Positions 10,706-23,580 of a DNA stretch of 64,000 nucleotides are shown piece after piece; position 1 is the first letter of the stretch; each line of letters opens with the position of its first letter. The notes under the pieces are model-generated. The model was not told where the DNA came from. It ran no database searches and saw only the letters and a program-made list of their open reading frames with translations. Made by a program: the position numbers and the translations under genes. Source of the stretch: Harriotta raleighana (Eukaryota); the NCBI GenBank assembly GCA_050575255.1, contig JBNZDD010013534.1, forward strand, positions 994,328 to 1,058,327. Reading direction: 5' to 3'.

Positions 10706-12089
10706 ACCTTCTGACTCAGGTGAAATGACTACGAGCTGGCATCTGATCTATTCCATATGCCCTTCAATTAATAAATTTTTCTTCAAACAACTATCAATTT
10801 TATTCTTAGCTTGAAATTTTCACATCTCCGCTGCCACTAAGCTGGGATCAGCCTATTCAGCACTTACCTGGTCTGTGTGGCTCAGTTTCTCATCTCAAAG
10901 CAACTGAGATAGAAATTTTAACTGCTTTCTGAAATGATTTATTAAAATATGCTATTTATAGTTTTTTTGGGGGAGGAACAGATAAAGAATTGACTATTCA
11001 ATTGAATGAAATTATGATTCAATACAAAAATGTATTCAGAAGACTATAGAAGTTGCGCAACCTGTATAGCATATAATAAACCATAAAGTGACTTTAATCC
11101 AATCTTGGTTTTCAGAGGGTGCTTTCAAGATGTGAGTTTATATTATCTGAACCTTTCAAATGGATTACAGGCTTTCAGCCTCCTCACTGTTATCCATTAT
11201 TCTCTAGTTTATATTTGCTTCCTGTTGAATAGCTTCTCTTTGTATTAAAATAACTTACAATTCAAATTTTAAACAAATGTTCCATATTGTGGTTTTGAGG
11301 AGAGGGTTTAACCCATTCAAAATAGTCAGAATACTTTAAACAAAGGTTGAAAGGACTATTCAAATCCCCACGTTATCATTTCAGGCCAACTCACTACTGT
11401 TTCAGCTGAACAAAACATCCAACAAATGCCTTGTGCAAAGCTTCTTTGTATGAGATTTCATCTCTGACGTTATCTCATTCCTGATGTAATCTTGCTTGAA
11501 GTCATTAATGTCATTTTTTACTCGGCATATGAATTTACTTTCGAGTTGAATTATCTGCTCAGTACATCGATGAAAAAAGGGAAGGACACGAATGGAAATT
11601 TAAATTGTAAAATCTTATCTTATCCCATCCTCTGCCAGTTCTTTCCTCCACTTCTAGAAGTTTCACAACTGAACCGATATGTCAATTCGCATTGACTAAT
11701 TTATAAGGGGACTGCTCATATTTAAAGGGTCAGTTGGTGGTAGGTGTGGGAGCTGCTTGAACAGGGGACTATCCGGGAAAGGTGTGTGGTTTTACTTATC
11801 ACTGATTTATAACCTATATAGAGAGATGACATTACAGCAGTAAAGGTGATAGGCTGCTAAATCATCCCTATCGTAATGCCACACACGCTAGATCATCTTG
11901 GTTTATACATTGCACTTCCTGTCATGACAGTAGCTATGATGACATATGGTGTGTGGGTCATTCATAAGAATTTGCTCTTTTTGCTCCTAGAAAGTAGAAA
12001 AAACATTTGTGAAGTGCCTTGCTTGTGCTCTGAGTGCTTCAATATGGTATATGAATGCAAGTTGTAGTTGTTATTCAAAGAGTACACTC

Positions 12090-12303
12090 ATTGATAAAGA
12101 AACTGGCACCATCGATAGAGAAACTGGTACTGTTGTTGATAGAGAAATAGAGAAACTGGCACCATTGATAGGCCAGCACCATTGACGGAGATACCAGAAT
12201 TATTAACTGAGACATCAGCACCATTGACCGAGTTATTGGCACAATTGCAAGTTACTAGCATCATTGAGAGAGTCACTGGCACCTTTGAGAGAGGTACTGG
12301 CAT
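12090..12303. repeat. Degenerate ~21-bp minisatellite, about 10 units (consensus attgatagagaaactggcacc)
   Basis: attgataaagaaactggcacc / atcgatagagaaactggtact / .. / attgagagagtcactggcacc / tttgagagaggtactggcatc. Confidence 0.75.
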
Positions 12304-12395
12304 CATACAAAGATATATTATCTTTCAGTGTTTCTTTTTTAGAATAAAAAAGCTTACCTTTCATATTTCCTATTTTCAAAAGAATATTGATAGAA

Positions 12396-12605
12396 TAATA
12401 ATCTTTGTATTTGTTAGAGCGCCTTATCACATTGTTGAGATGTCTCAAAGCACTTCACAGAATATACAGTAAAATGAATTGACTACATATTTTGTGGAGG
12501 CAAAACACAGCAACCAATTGCTTACAGCAACATCCCACAAGCAGTTGCGGTTTGAGAAAGCAAATTATTAGTTTTTTGTTTGTGAAATTACTATCCCTGG
12601 AAAGC
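12396..12605 (-). mobile_element. tRNA-SINE family, 3' part
   Basis: Reverse complement of the tail and core of the 6533 element. Confidence 0.7.
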
Positions 12606-13228
12606 AAGCCTCCAAATCGACCAACATTGATTTTAAGAAGCTTCAGTGAAGAGCAGCAAGGATGATTTGAAGACGGAATGTTTTAGGGATACTTGGATAT
12701 CCATTTCCCACCTCCATCATTCCTATTTTGTACCTCTCCTTGGTAAGAAATCTGGGTGAGGGTGGCAGGTGTATTAGACCTCACTCCCTAGATACAGGTG
12801 CTCAGTGGTTACTTGAGCAGGGCAGATGGTGAAGCTTCATAGAGATATTATGGATAGATAAGGAGGTGTGATCAGATTTCAAATGCTACAGTTGTTCATT
12901 TTGTTGCTTGTTTTAAAGCCACAAATATATTTAGAAATGCTACAGCTGCATAACCACCAACTCCTTTTTTAAGCTCCTATCAAACACGCCCACAGTGGCA
13001 ACATTGTATAGCAGTTTTAATGTGTTTAATTAAAAATTGAGCTAAACTGGTATTCTCTATACTGGTATTGAAATGCTGGGATCCGCATTATGACAGCTTC
13101 AGAATTGCCTCTGGCTTAATGGCTACTGCAATGGGCTGTGGGCACAACCATTTGGGAATGGATGGGTGAGTAGGTGCGGTGTGGGGAAGGTGGTCATCTC
13201 TAGGAGCAGAAGATCCCATAATGTACTC

Positions 13229-13530
13229 ATAATAATAATAACTCTTGCATTTGATATAGCGCTTTTTACATTTTATCGACGTCTCAAAGCGCTTTGCGGA
13301 ATATTGAATTGAATTGACTGTATTTGTGGGCAAAAGACGGCAGCCAATTGCACACAGCAGTGACCCACAAGCAGTCATGAACTGAAATGACCAATTAAGA
13401 ATATTTTTTTTTTTTGAGGGATTATTGTCAGGTTTATGGAGTAAGGAAACTTGCCCAAGGTTTCGACCTGCTGGAAATCGAACCCAGGTTTCTTGGTTTT
13501 GCAAGGTGAGTGCTCTAACCATTGAGCTAC
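13229..13530 (-). mobile_element. Full-length tRNA-derived SINE with L2-type tail
   Basis: aataataa..ttgcatttgatatagcgc..ggagtaaggaaacttgcccaagg..ggaaatcgaacccagg..gtgctctaaccattgagctac; A and B boxes are recognisable on the minus strand. Confidence 0.85.
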
Positions 13531-14954
13531 ACTCTCGTTTTTATGCCTCAATTAATTTGTACTCATCCATGTTGAATTGCATTTGCCAAACATTGGACCA
13601 GCATCACATTTCTCACAGCATTTTTCATCCCAATAATTCACAAGTCAAAATAACTGAACACCACAATATTTCTCTGATTCTGGACCTTCAGAGAGCCGGG
13701 GACAATGATCATAAAGGAAATTATTTCAGAACTAACTACTTCTAGTCTTGTGATTCAAATCTCTCAATAACTAATCCATGCAATTGACCTGAATACTGAG
13801 AGAACTACTGAGACTGGGGATGTCACAGGAGAGGGCCAGAGTGATAATTTAGTCTGACAGCTTTCTTTGCACCCAATGTGATGCTCGGTAAATTAGACTA
13901 GCAAATGACCCGCTGAAAACAGGTGCGGAACCAACTTTGTGCCTTCCAGGGAAAGACATTGAACACTGTAGAAAGATGCACCTGTGCTATTGTTACCCTG
14001 AAAGAGGGAAGCTTTTAAGTGCAAATGCACTGACATCTGAATAAGCTGATAAAGAACTGGAGTGAATTCTATATCCTTACATCTTCACTTTCCAATCATT
14101 CAGCCTTTATACTAAATTTGCAAATGGGAAATGCTAGGGTCGTTGCACAGATTTAACTTTCTTCGATCCCGATCAATGTATATTCATGGGACACTTAGCA
14201 CATTGCTATTGTACTTCTTTTTCTTTGTTTTATTTTTAGAGGGGGGTGTGCTTCCCCACAGAAAGGATAGGACTCAGCGACAGTGATGGCAACAGCGTAC
14301 ATCACCTTGTAGACTGTTACCGTTGAGACAGTAGTGTAGGCTGTGTGCAATGAAGCATGACAGGGGTAATGTCAGACCATTGGCAGCGTTTCCCATTGAA
14401 GAGAGGTTCAGAGAACGTTTTAGAATGCTGTCCGCACTTTAAAGCTTTTAGCACATCTTTCCAGCGCTCTGATATTATCTTTTGATGAAAGAAAATGTGA
14501 TGGACTTGCATTTTCATCAGTTTCTTTGATAACATAAATTGACTACTCTTCTTCTAAACACAAATTTATACCTTGTAAACCAAAAATGTTCAATTATACA
14601 GCCTTCTGGAAATCAAATACATTGCGATTCCAGTTCATGATAGGTGACTAGGAGGATTTCCAATACAGACTGGAGGTGTTTTCTTCCAACGATTTTTCTC
14701 CTCTTCTGAAGTGTACTTTATATTTCGCCAAAACAATATACAGTCAAATCACTTTACAATTTATTCTGTGAAATGCTTTGAGATGTCTCGAAGAAATGAT
14801 GAGGTGCTATATCAAATGCAAGGATTATTATATTTATTACTATTATTTACTTCAGGTACTTTTACCTTCACACATGTATGATTATTTTCTGAAATCAACA
14901 TGATACAGTACTTAAGCTAGTTTATGCAGTTGGTAATACCATAGCAGTCTTATC

Positions 14955-15262
14955 ATAAAAATATGGAATTATATAGCACAGAAGGAGGCCATTCGGCCCA
15001 TTGTGTCTGTGCTTGCTCTTTGAAAAGAACTGTCCAAATCAATCCCACTCCCCCGTTTATTCTCCACAGCCCTGCAATCTTGTCCTCCCAAATAATTATC
15101 TACTTCTCTTTTAAAAGTTATTATTGAATCAGGCTCCGCCAATGCATTCTAGATCCGAAACAAATCATGGTGAAGTTGTTTTCTTCACTCTTCACTTCCA
15201 CCCTCCTTCTTTCAACAACTATTTTACTCGTATCCCCGAGTTACCGACCCACTTGCCAGTTA
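14955..15262 (-). mobile_element. CR1 LINE 3' end
   Basis: tagcacagaaggaggccattcggcccattgtgtctgtgc..aatcccactcccc..tctcttttaaaag; closely paralleled at 58900-59160. Confidence 0.75.
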
Positions 15263-17267
15263 TAATAACCCTTATAATAATAATAATGATTTGATATACC
15301 GCCTTATTGAGATGTCTCAAAGCACTTTACAGAATATATTCAAGGAAAGTGTGCAGAATGGTAAGTTGCCTAAGGTTTCGCTCTACCTGGAAATTAAACC
15401 CAGGTCCTCTCGCTTGCGGTAACCACTATGCTTATGGAATTCCACAAGAGAATGAAGAGAATGGGATCCAAAGGCAGTGAATCCACAACAGACCATTTGC
15501 CTCTCTGAGGGTTGCCATGTTTGCAGGGTTAGCCAAAAATAAAGTAATCTCCTATGGGTGAGGGCCCATTTTCACTGGCAGTATCTTAATCAGACGGCAC
15601 TTGTTGAGGGGAAATTCAAGTTCACATTACTTGTCCAATGTATCATGAGGTATGGTGTCAGCAGGATTAGTGATAAATGCATTTACAAATTAATGATTGT
15701 TGTCTTGTTTAAGTCAATAATAATAATGATGATTCTTCCATTTGACAGAGAACCTTTTGCATCGGGGATGTCTTAAATTACTTAAAGGGATACAGTATAA
15801 AGTGTAGTAACTGGATATTGAGCAGTAAAAAATTCAGATCTGAACTTGCACTTCAAATCCTTGAGTTAAGGGTTAAGGCATCCAGTGGAACAGTATGCCT
15901 GTAAAGCTGTCAACAAACACGAGCAGAGAAGGCACTGTCCTGGTATTGTGTGGAGAAACTAGTTACCAAGTGGTGGCTATTTTTAAATAGCAATGATTAA
16001 TTTATTGTTGAGGATTATTGGGCCAGAACACTGACAGAAACTCCCTTCTCTTTGAATAGTGTCATGGGATCTTTAACATGCAACTGAACAAGCAGATGGG
16101 ACATCGGTTTGACAACACATCCAAACACGCTTCCAGCTCTGCAAAGGGTATCAACGTAGGCCAATTGTTCAAAGTCCTGATGAGAGATATGATCCCACAA
16201 ACATTAATGTTCATGGCTAAGACCATAAGTATTTTCAGGCATCCGTGCTTTGATTTCGTTGAAACTGAACCTCAAAAGACATTGAAATTTCTCCATCAGT
16301 AACCAGCTATGGGTTAGCACAAACAAGCAGCACCAAGCACACTTTATTTCAACACATTTGCTGCAGGAAAAGTAAAAAAAAAAGCATACCCTTTTCCTAG
16401 GCAGATGTACTGTAGCTTGCAAATAACTGAGATAACATCTAATGGTAACACTAGGCAGACCACAGTCTAATTTTAGCACCACATAGTTTTAAACAGTTTT
16501 CATAGCTGAGCTCCATTTTTAAACTTTTCTACAGTATTTAAATTATGAGCTGATTCCAGCCAAGTGGCCAGCGTTGCCTGAAAGGCTTTTCCTCTTTATT
16601 GAAGGATATGGACAGAGGCTAGCACTGGAATCAGAGTCTCAGAAACTGACTGGCATTTCCATCTGTACATGAGGCTGGTAATTAACAGGAAGATCTGCCT
16701 GCAGCACAGCACCATCTGCTAGGGAAATGGTTGAATTAGGTGCAAGTTGCATATTGCATCTCTATAGCGACTCCGTCGGGTTTGGACATGAGACCTTGCA
16801 TCTGCTAGATGAGAAGATGAGCTTTTAAAGTGCTATTTAGGCAACCCGGCTGGGAAAATATATAAAGGAGCAGATTGGCTTCAGAGAAATCTGCAGTTGT
16901 TGTGTTGTTCTGACCCTGTCCGCAGGGAATTGTAAGCAACTAATGTGGTTCATTTTCTTTTTGATATAAAAAAAAACCTACTTCTTTCCCTTCTGTGTTA
17001 GTGAGTTATTTTTCACCCGTCTCCTTTGGTTCCTTCTGCACTCACCACATGCTACACTCCAATGAGTAGCCTGTTCCCAGGAATATTTTCAATGCTGCTA
17101 ATGGATGCAATGGAGGTGCCTTAAGGTAAGTTTCACACTAGCTTTCCCCCACCCTTTCCTCCCAAGATCTCGCTTGCACCGTTCGTGTAGAAACTAGTCA
17201 TTAGTGCAATGTATCACAGTGAACAAATCTACCACAACATTGGGCTACATTATTCTCACTCTATAAA

Positions 17268-17430
17268 ATAGAAACAGGAGTCGGACATTCAGCCCCTCAA
17301 ACCCATTCCTCCACTATAAGATCATGGCTGATCTGTACTTCAAGTCCAATTACCCACCCTTGGCCCATGTCCTTTAATTCCAAGACCTAACAAATATCTA
17401 TCCACCTCAGTCTTGAAGATATCAAAATGC
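17268..17430 (-). mobile_element. CR1 LINE 3' end
   Basis: acaggagtcggacattcagcccctcaaaccc..gatcatggctgatctgtac; minus strand reads FKTEVDRYL. Confidence 0.75.
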
Positions 17431-18204
17431 CAAAGGTATCCGGGCCGCTTTGCAGAGCTAAAAATAAGCACTTGGCTGAGTGCAAAGATCTTCCCATTCC
17501 AGGCAGTCTTTAAAGTGGCACTTACATAAGGCGTTTGAAGATGCTTTACAATGCAGAGTTTCACAGTTACATCCTCCTCCACCTTGTCTTAATTCCAGGT
17601 GCTTTACACAAGCCAAACAACAGCATTGCAAACCTGAAGCCTGTGTGCTTGCTTTGCTAACCAGATGCAAATAGCTAGATGAACCATGAAAGATTAGCTT
17701 TTAATTATCACTAGGTATCAGGTATTAGCTGCCAACAAGCCAATTACTTTCCTGTAAGCAGGAGGGTTGTGTTGCTACAGATAAGTTATCTGAATGAACA
17801 CCTACTTAACAGCAGGGCCAAACAGTAATGGTGTCTGCGTTGCAAATCGATTTTCTGTCCTTTGCGGTTACCACAACATCTTTATATATCTGAAACAGGA
17901 TTATCCTGTTAGACTTGCAAACGTACCTTTTACTGTTCAGGAAAGAAAATTCCTTATCAGCACTCCGGAGCTCACATTGCTGTGCCATGATAAGTATCAA
18001 ACAGCTGCTTCATATGGACAATATACAATAGTAATGAAACGGTTGGAACTTTGCATTTACAAGCCAAGCGCAGGACCTAAGGCACCGGGAGCCTGAATTT
18101 GTTTGCATTTTCCCAATAAGGTCTCTTTCAGTGCTTTATGGTATCCATCATATGTTCCATTGTCTGTCTTTACATCAGATCAGCAAACAATGACCTGCAT
18201 GAAC

Positions 18205-18570
18205 CCCTACAATCCAGTTACCCACAGTACTGAGACTGCCCTGGTCAAAGGCACCAATGATATTCTCTCCATCTATCACCAGGTCCTCCTCCCTTCTTGA
18301 CCTCTCTGCTACCTTCAAAACTGTCACCATTCTATTCTTCTCCACTGCCTTTCCCCTCCGCTCTCTTTTACATAGTTCTGTCCTTTGAATCCATCCCTCC
18401 TCTTCGACCTTCTTAAATGCTGCCAATCTGCCCACTCTCAACCCACAGCTTCCAGCCTATTAACTTCCACTTTCTGGAACTCCATTTAGCGTCTCTTCAT
18501 CTCCCTTCTTCCTTTAGCTCCTTCTAGATCCACCTCAAGACCTACCACTTTGACCACCCATACGGTCATA
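18205..18570 (+). mobile_element. Internally deleted L2 fragment
   Basis: HSTETALVKGTNDIL (L2 RT motif), ccttcttgacctctctgctaccttc, then a 3' UTR-like cacctcaagacctaccactttgacca. Confidence 0.75.
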
Positions 18571-20592
18571 AATACAAGTTACTTTTAGAGAGGAAGTAAA
18601 AAATAAGAAGCACATGCACTGGAGATGGGATAGAACCCATCTAAGGTAAATGCTGAAAGAGATATTAGGGTGTTAGGTGACTCCAGATTCATAATGTCAG
18701 AACAGTGTGAGGTGACAATATTGGGCTAACTGCATGCTGGGCTCTATTGCCTTATCAGTTTAGCACGGATTGACAGAAGTGATGCTGTATTACATAAAGC
18801 ACCAGTATAAGCCCAGAGGTGGTTTAGAGGAGAGCAATGAGCTTTGGACAATAACAATATGTACAACAAAACAACAAACAAAATTACATTTATAGAGCGC
18901 CTTTAACGTCGGGAGCACGTCCCAGACCCGAGCTGCCCCTCGCTCAAAAAAATGTAGAAAGGCAAGATAAAAACATATTTTAATAACCTTCCTTAACTGT
19001 GGAATGGATTGTAATAATACTGAAACTTTCACCTCTGCGTTAAAGCCGAGCTCAGCCATTTATTAGGACAGGAAGCTAAAATATTTGACTTCCTGATCAT
19101 CAGGTCTACACAATGTCACTTCCTGTTTCATGTGTGGATTCAGGGAAGCAGGAAGCGATGTTGCCTACTTTAGCCAAAAAATAACATCCAGGGCACAGTT
19201 TGGCTGTGTTCATGCACAATGAATGAAGTTCAGAGTGCAACTGAGTTATAAGCAAATTTGTGCTAAAGTGAACTGCATTATAAGAAGATTAAAGTCGTTT
19301 TTCTAGTTAAGAGGAAAAAAAAGAGTCACTTTAATTGATTCCGGATACACATTGATTTCAAAACAGGATAATATAAGAGGTGAAAGCAGTCATAGTTGGT
19401 CAGTGCAGAATTCTGAAAATAGATCAGCAAGTTATAGTTCTAATACTTTTGACCTCAATATCTGTGCTTGCACAAAGGCAGAAACACTGCAAAACCACAT
19501 GGCCTTGGCAAAGGATGTATTTGAAAACTGAAAGGCACAAATGCCTTCAATGTGCTTCATATAAACCACAAAAGGCACCATGGCCAGTATCATCCTTCCC
19601 AGTGTATTCTGAGACGTGAAATTGCATGATAAGGCGCTGTAACCAAATACAAGGATTGTACTGTATTATTATATCCTTCTGAAAATCAAGGCCATTCTCA
19701 CACAGTAATGCCCAATTTATGAGCTCCTCCTGAATAGGAATCACTAGGGAATATTTCAAAGAGATTCACATTTACTTTATTTATATAGCACTTTGGAGCT
19801 TCCAAAATTCAACAAAATGTTGAATTCAGTTTTAACTTTGAAGAGAAGAAATGTTTTCTAATTTCACTTTTAACTACTTTTGCTGTAATTTTAAAACCCA
19901 CTATTTTATATGTGGCCTCAGCACTCCAGCTTCGAGCTCTTCTCAACACTCATCTCAATATCCTGGCAGCTGAGTAAGATATTCTAATGCAATAGCATTC
20001 AGAAATTGTTTCCTTAACTGTTATTATAAAATGTGTTCTACAGATTGTTTAAAAAATTGAAGTTGGTCAGTAAGTCTGGATGCTCACTATTTTTACACGT
20101 TTTCAGTGCACACATTTGAAATTACATTCACATAGTATTATCACAACTCAAACATCAAGTATACTTTTATAACTGGAATTTTAGGCTCTAATTTGCAACA
20201 CTGGATTTGGAAAAGGCATTGGAAGCACTAATTACAAAATATATAAAACAAAATCTGATTGAATTGCAAACAATGTGCTGACAGCCCCACACTAGGTTGT
20301 AATTGAAGGCAATGATTTGAGTGATAGACTTGAACTGCCCAATTCAACTGCCTGTCCTCAGTTACAGACTACTGTATCCTGCATGTCCAGTACAGTTTAT
20401 TTAAAGCATGGGAACCGCACTGTTCACACAATCTCACTCTCAACATAACTGATGCAGCATTCACATCCACGCCTTTTTCACCCCCAGATTCAACTTCTCC
20501 ATTGCCCTGTTAACTGCCCTCCCTATTTCCACAAGTTCCAGATCATGCAAAATTCTGCAGGCTGAATACATTCTCTCATACACTGGGCCCTT

Positions 20593-21900
20593 CAACAACA
20601 ATAACAAAATTACATTTCTATAATGCCTTTCATATCGGAAGGACATCCTAAGGTGCTGGACAGTCAATGTTTCAGACCCGAGGCTGGGGTCAGGATCAGG
20701 GAGGATGGAAGGAAAGCGGGGGGTTTGGGGTGACCAATGGGACTGTCGAAGAGGATGGTTGTGAAGCGGGACTTGAAGGAGGCTAGGGAGGGGGCTAGGT
20801 AGAGCGAATTCCAGAGGTTAGGTCAGGCTCACCCAACAAAGATGGGGCAGGTGAGTCGGGGGACAAGGAGCAGGCCGGAGCCTGCTGAGCTGAGGGAAAG
20901 GGCGGGGTAGAAGTGGTTGAATGAATCCCTTCAATTTTAGGGGGATTAGAAGGTTGCAGAGCTAGGGTGGGGCAAGGCTATGGAGGGCTTTAAAGGTGAG
21001 GACCAGGATCTTGAATTGAATCCTCTGAGTAACAGGGAGCCAATGGAGTCAGGCGACAATGAGGGAGATTTGGTCATGAAGCTTGGAGATGTACAGGACA
21101 TGGGCTGCAGAGTTCTGGATGATCTGCAGCCTTTGGAGGGAGGAGTTGGGAAGGCCGACAAGCCTGGATGTGATGAACGCATGTATGTGAGTTTCAGCGG
21201 CCTGAAGGGTAATGTAGTGGTGGAGTCAAGGAGAAAAAGGAGGCACAAAGAGCCCTGATCACTGATGTTTAAAATGTGTTAGAGACAACATTTGTCTCTG
21301 TTATATGGGCAGCATGAAAGCTGGATTGTAGGGATTCAAAGAGGAAATGGCGAGAAAAAAAGGAGTGAAATTGGGACACAACAACTTGTTCCAGGGCCTT
21401 GGAGAGGAATGGAAGGTTGGAACTGGGGTGGAAACTAGAGAGGAGGGATAGGTTCAGGGAAGATTTTTCCCAGATGGAGGTGATGACAGCTGTTTTTAGA
21501 GGGGTAGGAAGAGTGCTGGTAGATAAGGAGAGGTTGATAATGTCAGTTAGGAGGGGGGCTAGGAGCTGGAGCTGAGAGATGAGAGCAGAGAGGGCAGAGG
21601 GAGAGATTGGGACAAAGGTGCATAATGGGGAGTGGATGGGGTAGTGGATCCTGACAGAGAGGTAACAGGGGATATTGGTAGAAGGGATAGAAGTGGTTGA
21701 ATGAATCCCCTCAATTTTAGATTCGAGTAAGTCCAGCATCTCCTCACAGTTGGAATTGGAGGAGAGGATGGGTGAGGTGTGGGAAGGTGGACGGGTGAGA
21801 CGGTTAATTGTGGAGAATAGTACCCTATTCTCTATGACCTCCAAGATTAACAAGGTGTAGAAGGAGATGCAAGGTGGAGTTGTAGATCTTAGTGTGATCC
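20593..21900 (-). mobile_element. Largest L2 LINE remnant: ORF2 RT N-terminal part, C-terminal part and 3' tail, internally deleted
   Basis: ORF 21269-21922: LFSTINRL..LAPLLTDIINLSLSTSTLPTPLKTAVITS..PSSNLPFLSKALEQVVVSQ..FESLQSSFHAAHITET; tail cttaggatgtccttccgatatgaaaggcattatagaaatgtaattttgtt. Confidence 0.9.
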
Positions 21901-21906
21901 AGCCAA

Positions 21907-22212
21907 ATAATAATCCGTGCATTTGATATAGCTCTTTTCATTCTTCTAGATTTCTCAAAGCACTTCACAGAATAGACTGTAAAGTGAATTGACGGTCTAT
22001 TTATGGGTGAAATACTGCAGCCAAATGGGCACAGCAGTGTTCCACAAACAGATGTGGATTGAAATGACCAATTTATTATTGTTTTTTTTTAGGGATTATT
22101 ATTAGGCGTGTAGCTAGGAAGCTTGCACAAGCTTTCTCCCTGACCTGCCTGGAATCAAACCCAAATCTCATGTTTGTGAGGTGAGTGCTCTAACCATTGA
22201 GCTACAGGACCC
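21907..22212 (-). mobile_element. Full-length tRNA-derived SINE
   Basis: Reverse complement of the 6533 element, from tail to head (gtgctctaaccattgagctacaggac). Confidence 0.85.
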
Positions 22213-22216
22213 CACA

Positions 22217-23580
22217 TAGGATCACACTAAAGCTTACCACCCTCTGCCACGTCTTCCTTCTACTCCAAGTTAATCTTGGAGGCCAAGGATAACCATTGGC
22301 TCCTCTTCTCCACCAACAACCATCTCCACTGTCCATCTTCCCACACCACCTGCCTCAACCCTATAACCCCATCCTTACTCCCTCACCACTATCCCACCTC
22401 CCTCCTTTGTCTCTCTGTGCCTCAATGGATTGAGTATAAGATCTCCACCCAAATCTCCAAATCTCCAGGGCCTTGTACAATCTTACCTCTGCAAACTCCT
22501 ATGATCCTACTCCCCTGCCAACTTTGGTTTCCTTCATGTCTTGGGAGCTGACACCATCGCCATCCAAGGATACATACTCCATCTCACTGAGCCAATCCAG
22601 AACCTTGGCATCTTGTTTGACCCTCAAATATTCTTTGCACCCCACATCTGTATCATAACCTGCTCCGCTTTCCCCACCATAACATTGCCTGGCTTCACCA
22701 GTGTCTCACACATGGGTCATCCAGATCACCATACACACCTTCATAACATCCAGACTTGACTAGAACAAACTCCCTGCTTGCTGGCCTCCCCAACTCCTCC
22801 CTCCACAGGCTGCAGACCATCCAGAACACAGTCCTCTCCAGCCCCAGACTCCGCGACCCTATCACCCCCACCCTTACCCAATTCCACTGGCTTCCCATCA
22901 TACAGATGATACGATTGATCTTGCTCCTTTCTCCCCCTCTACCTCTGTGACCTCCTAGCCCTCTACCAACCCATCCGCTAACTCCACTCAACAGATTCCA
23001 GCTAACTTCACGTCCGTCGCCTTGCCCGCTCTACCATTGGTGAGCGGGCCTTCAGCCACTCTGCCCCCACCGTCCACAACTCCATCTGGCAGTCTCTCTA
23101 CTTCACCTCCTCCCTTGCCTCCTTCGAGACCCTCCTTTTCTACCATGCCTTCAACCACCCTCTTTCACCCTGCTCTCCACCCTCCACGATCCTGTCGCCC
23201 CAACCCATGCCCTAAACACTGAATATCCATTGCATTGGCATGTCTTCCAAGTCTTGTTGTTGTTGTTGTCCACTGCTCATTCTATCCAACTATTGACGAA
23301 TGAGCTTTCAGCCACTTCAGTCACTGGCCTCTGAAACTCTCTACTGAAATCCCTTTAGGTCCTCCACGGCATTCCCCCACCTCTCCCTCCCCCCACCACT
23401 GTACTCGCCCCCACAACTCTTTCTGCTTTCAAAACTCTACAAAAAACATACTGCTTTGACTGTGCTTTCTTCCACCCTCTCTCCCATCTAACCTTTTCTG
23501 GGCTCCTACTCAGTGCTTGAGAAGCTTTTTCGTAAGTTTGCCCAATGTGAGAAACACGCAATATGAAGGAAATAATTGTG
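22217..23580 (+). mobile_element. Two or more L2 fragments (ORF2 C-terminus and 3' ends)
   Basis: IQNLGILFDP and TNSLLAGLPNSSLHRLQTIQNT..DPITPTLTQFHWLPI; tails ending gttgttgttg (~23268) and at ~23580. Confidence 0.85.

Noticed and set aside
14280-14710. Minus-strand peptide RALERCAKSFKVRTAF, reminiscent of the Penelope RT-to-GIY-YIG linker
   Set aside because: Too short, surrounded by stops, and no GIY-YIG or RT motif could be recovered.
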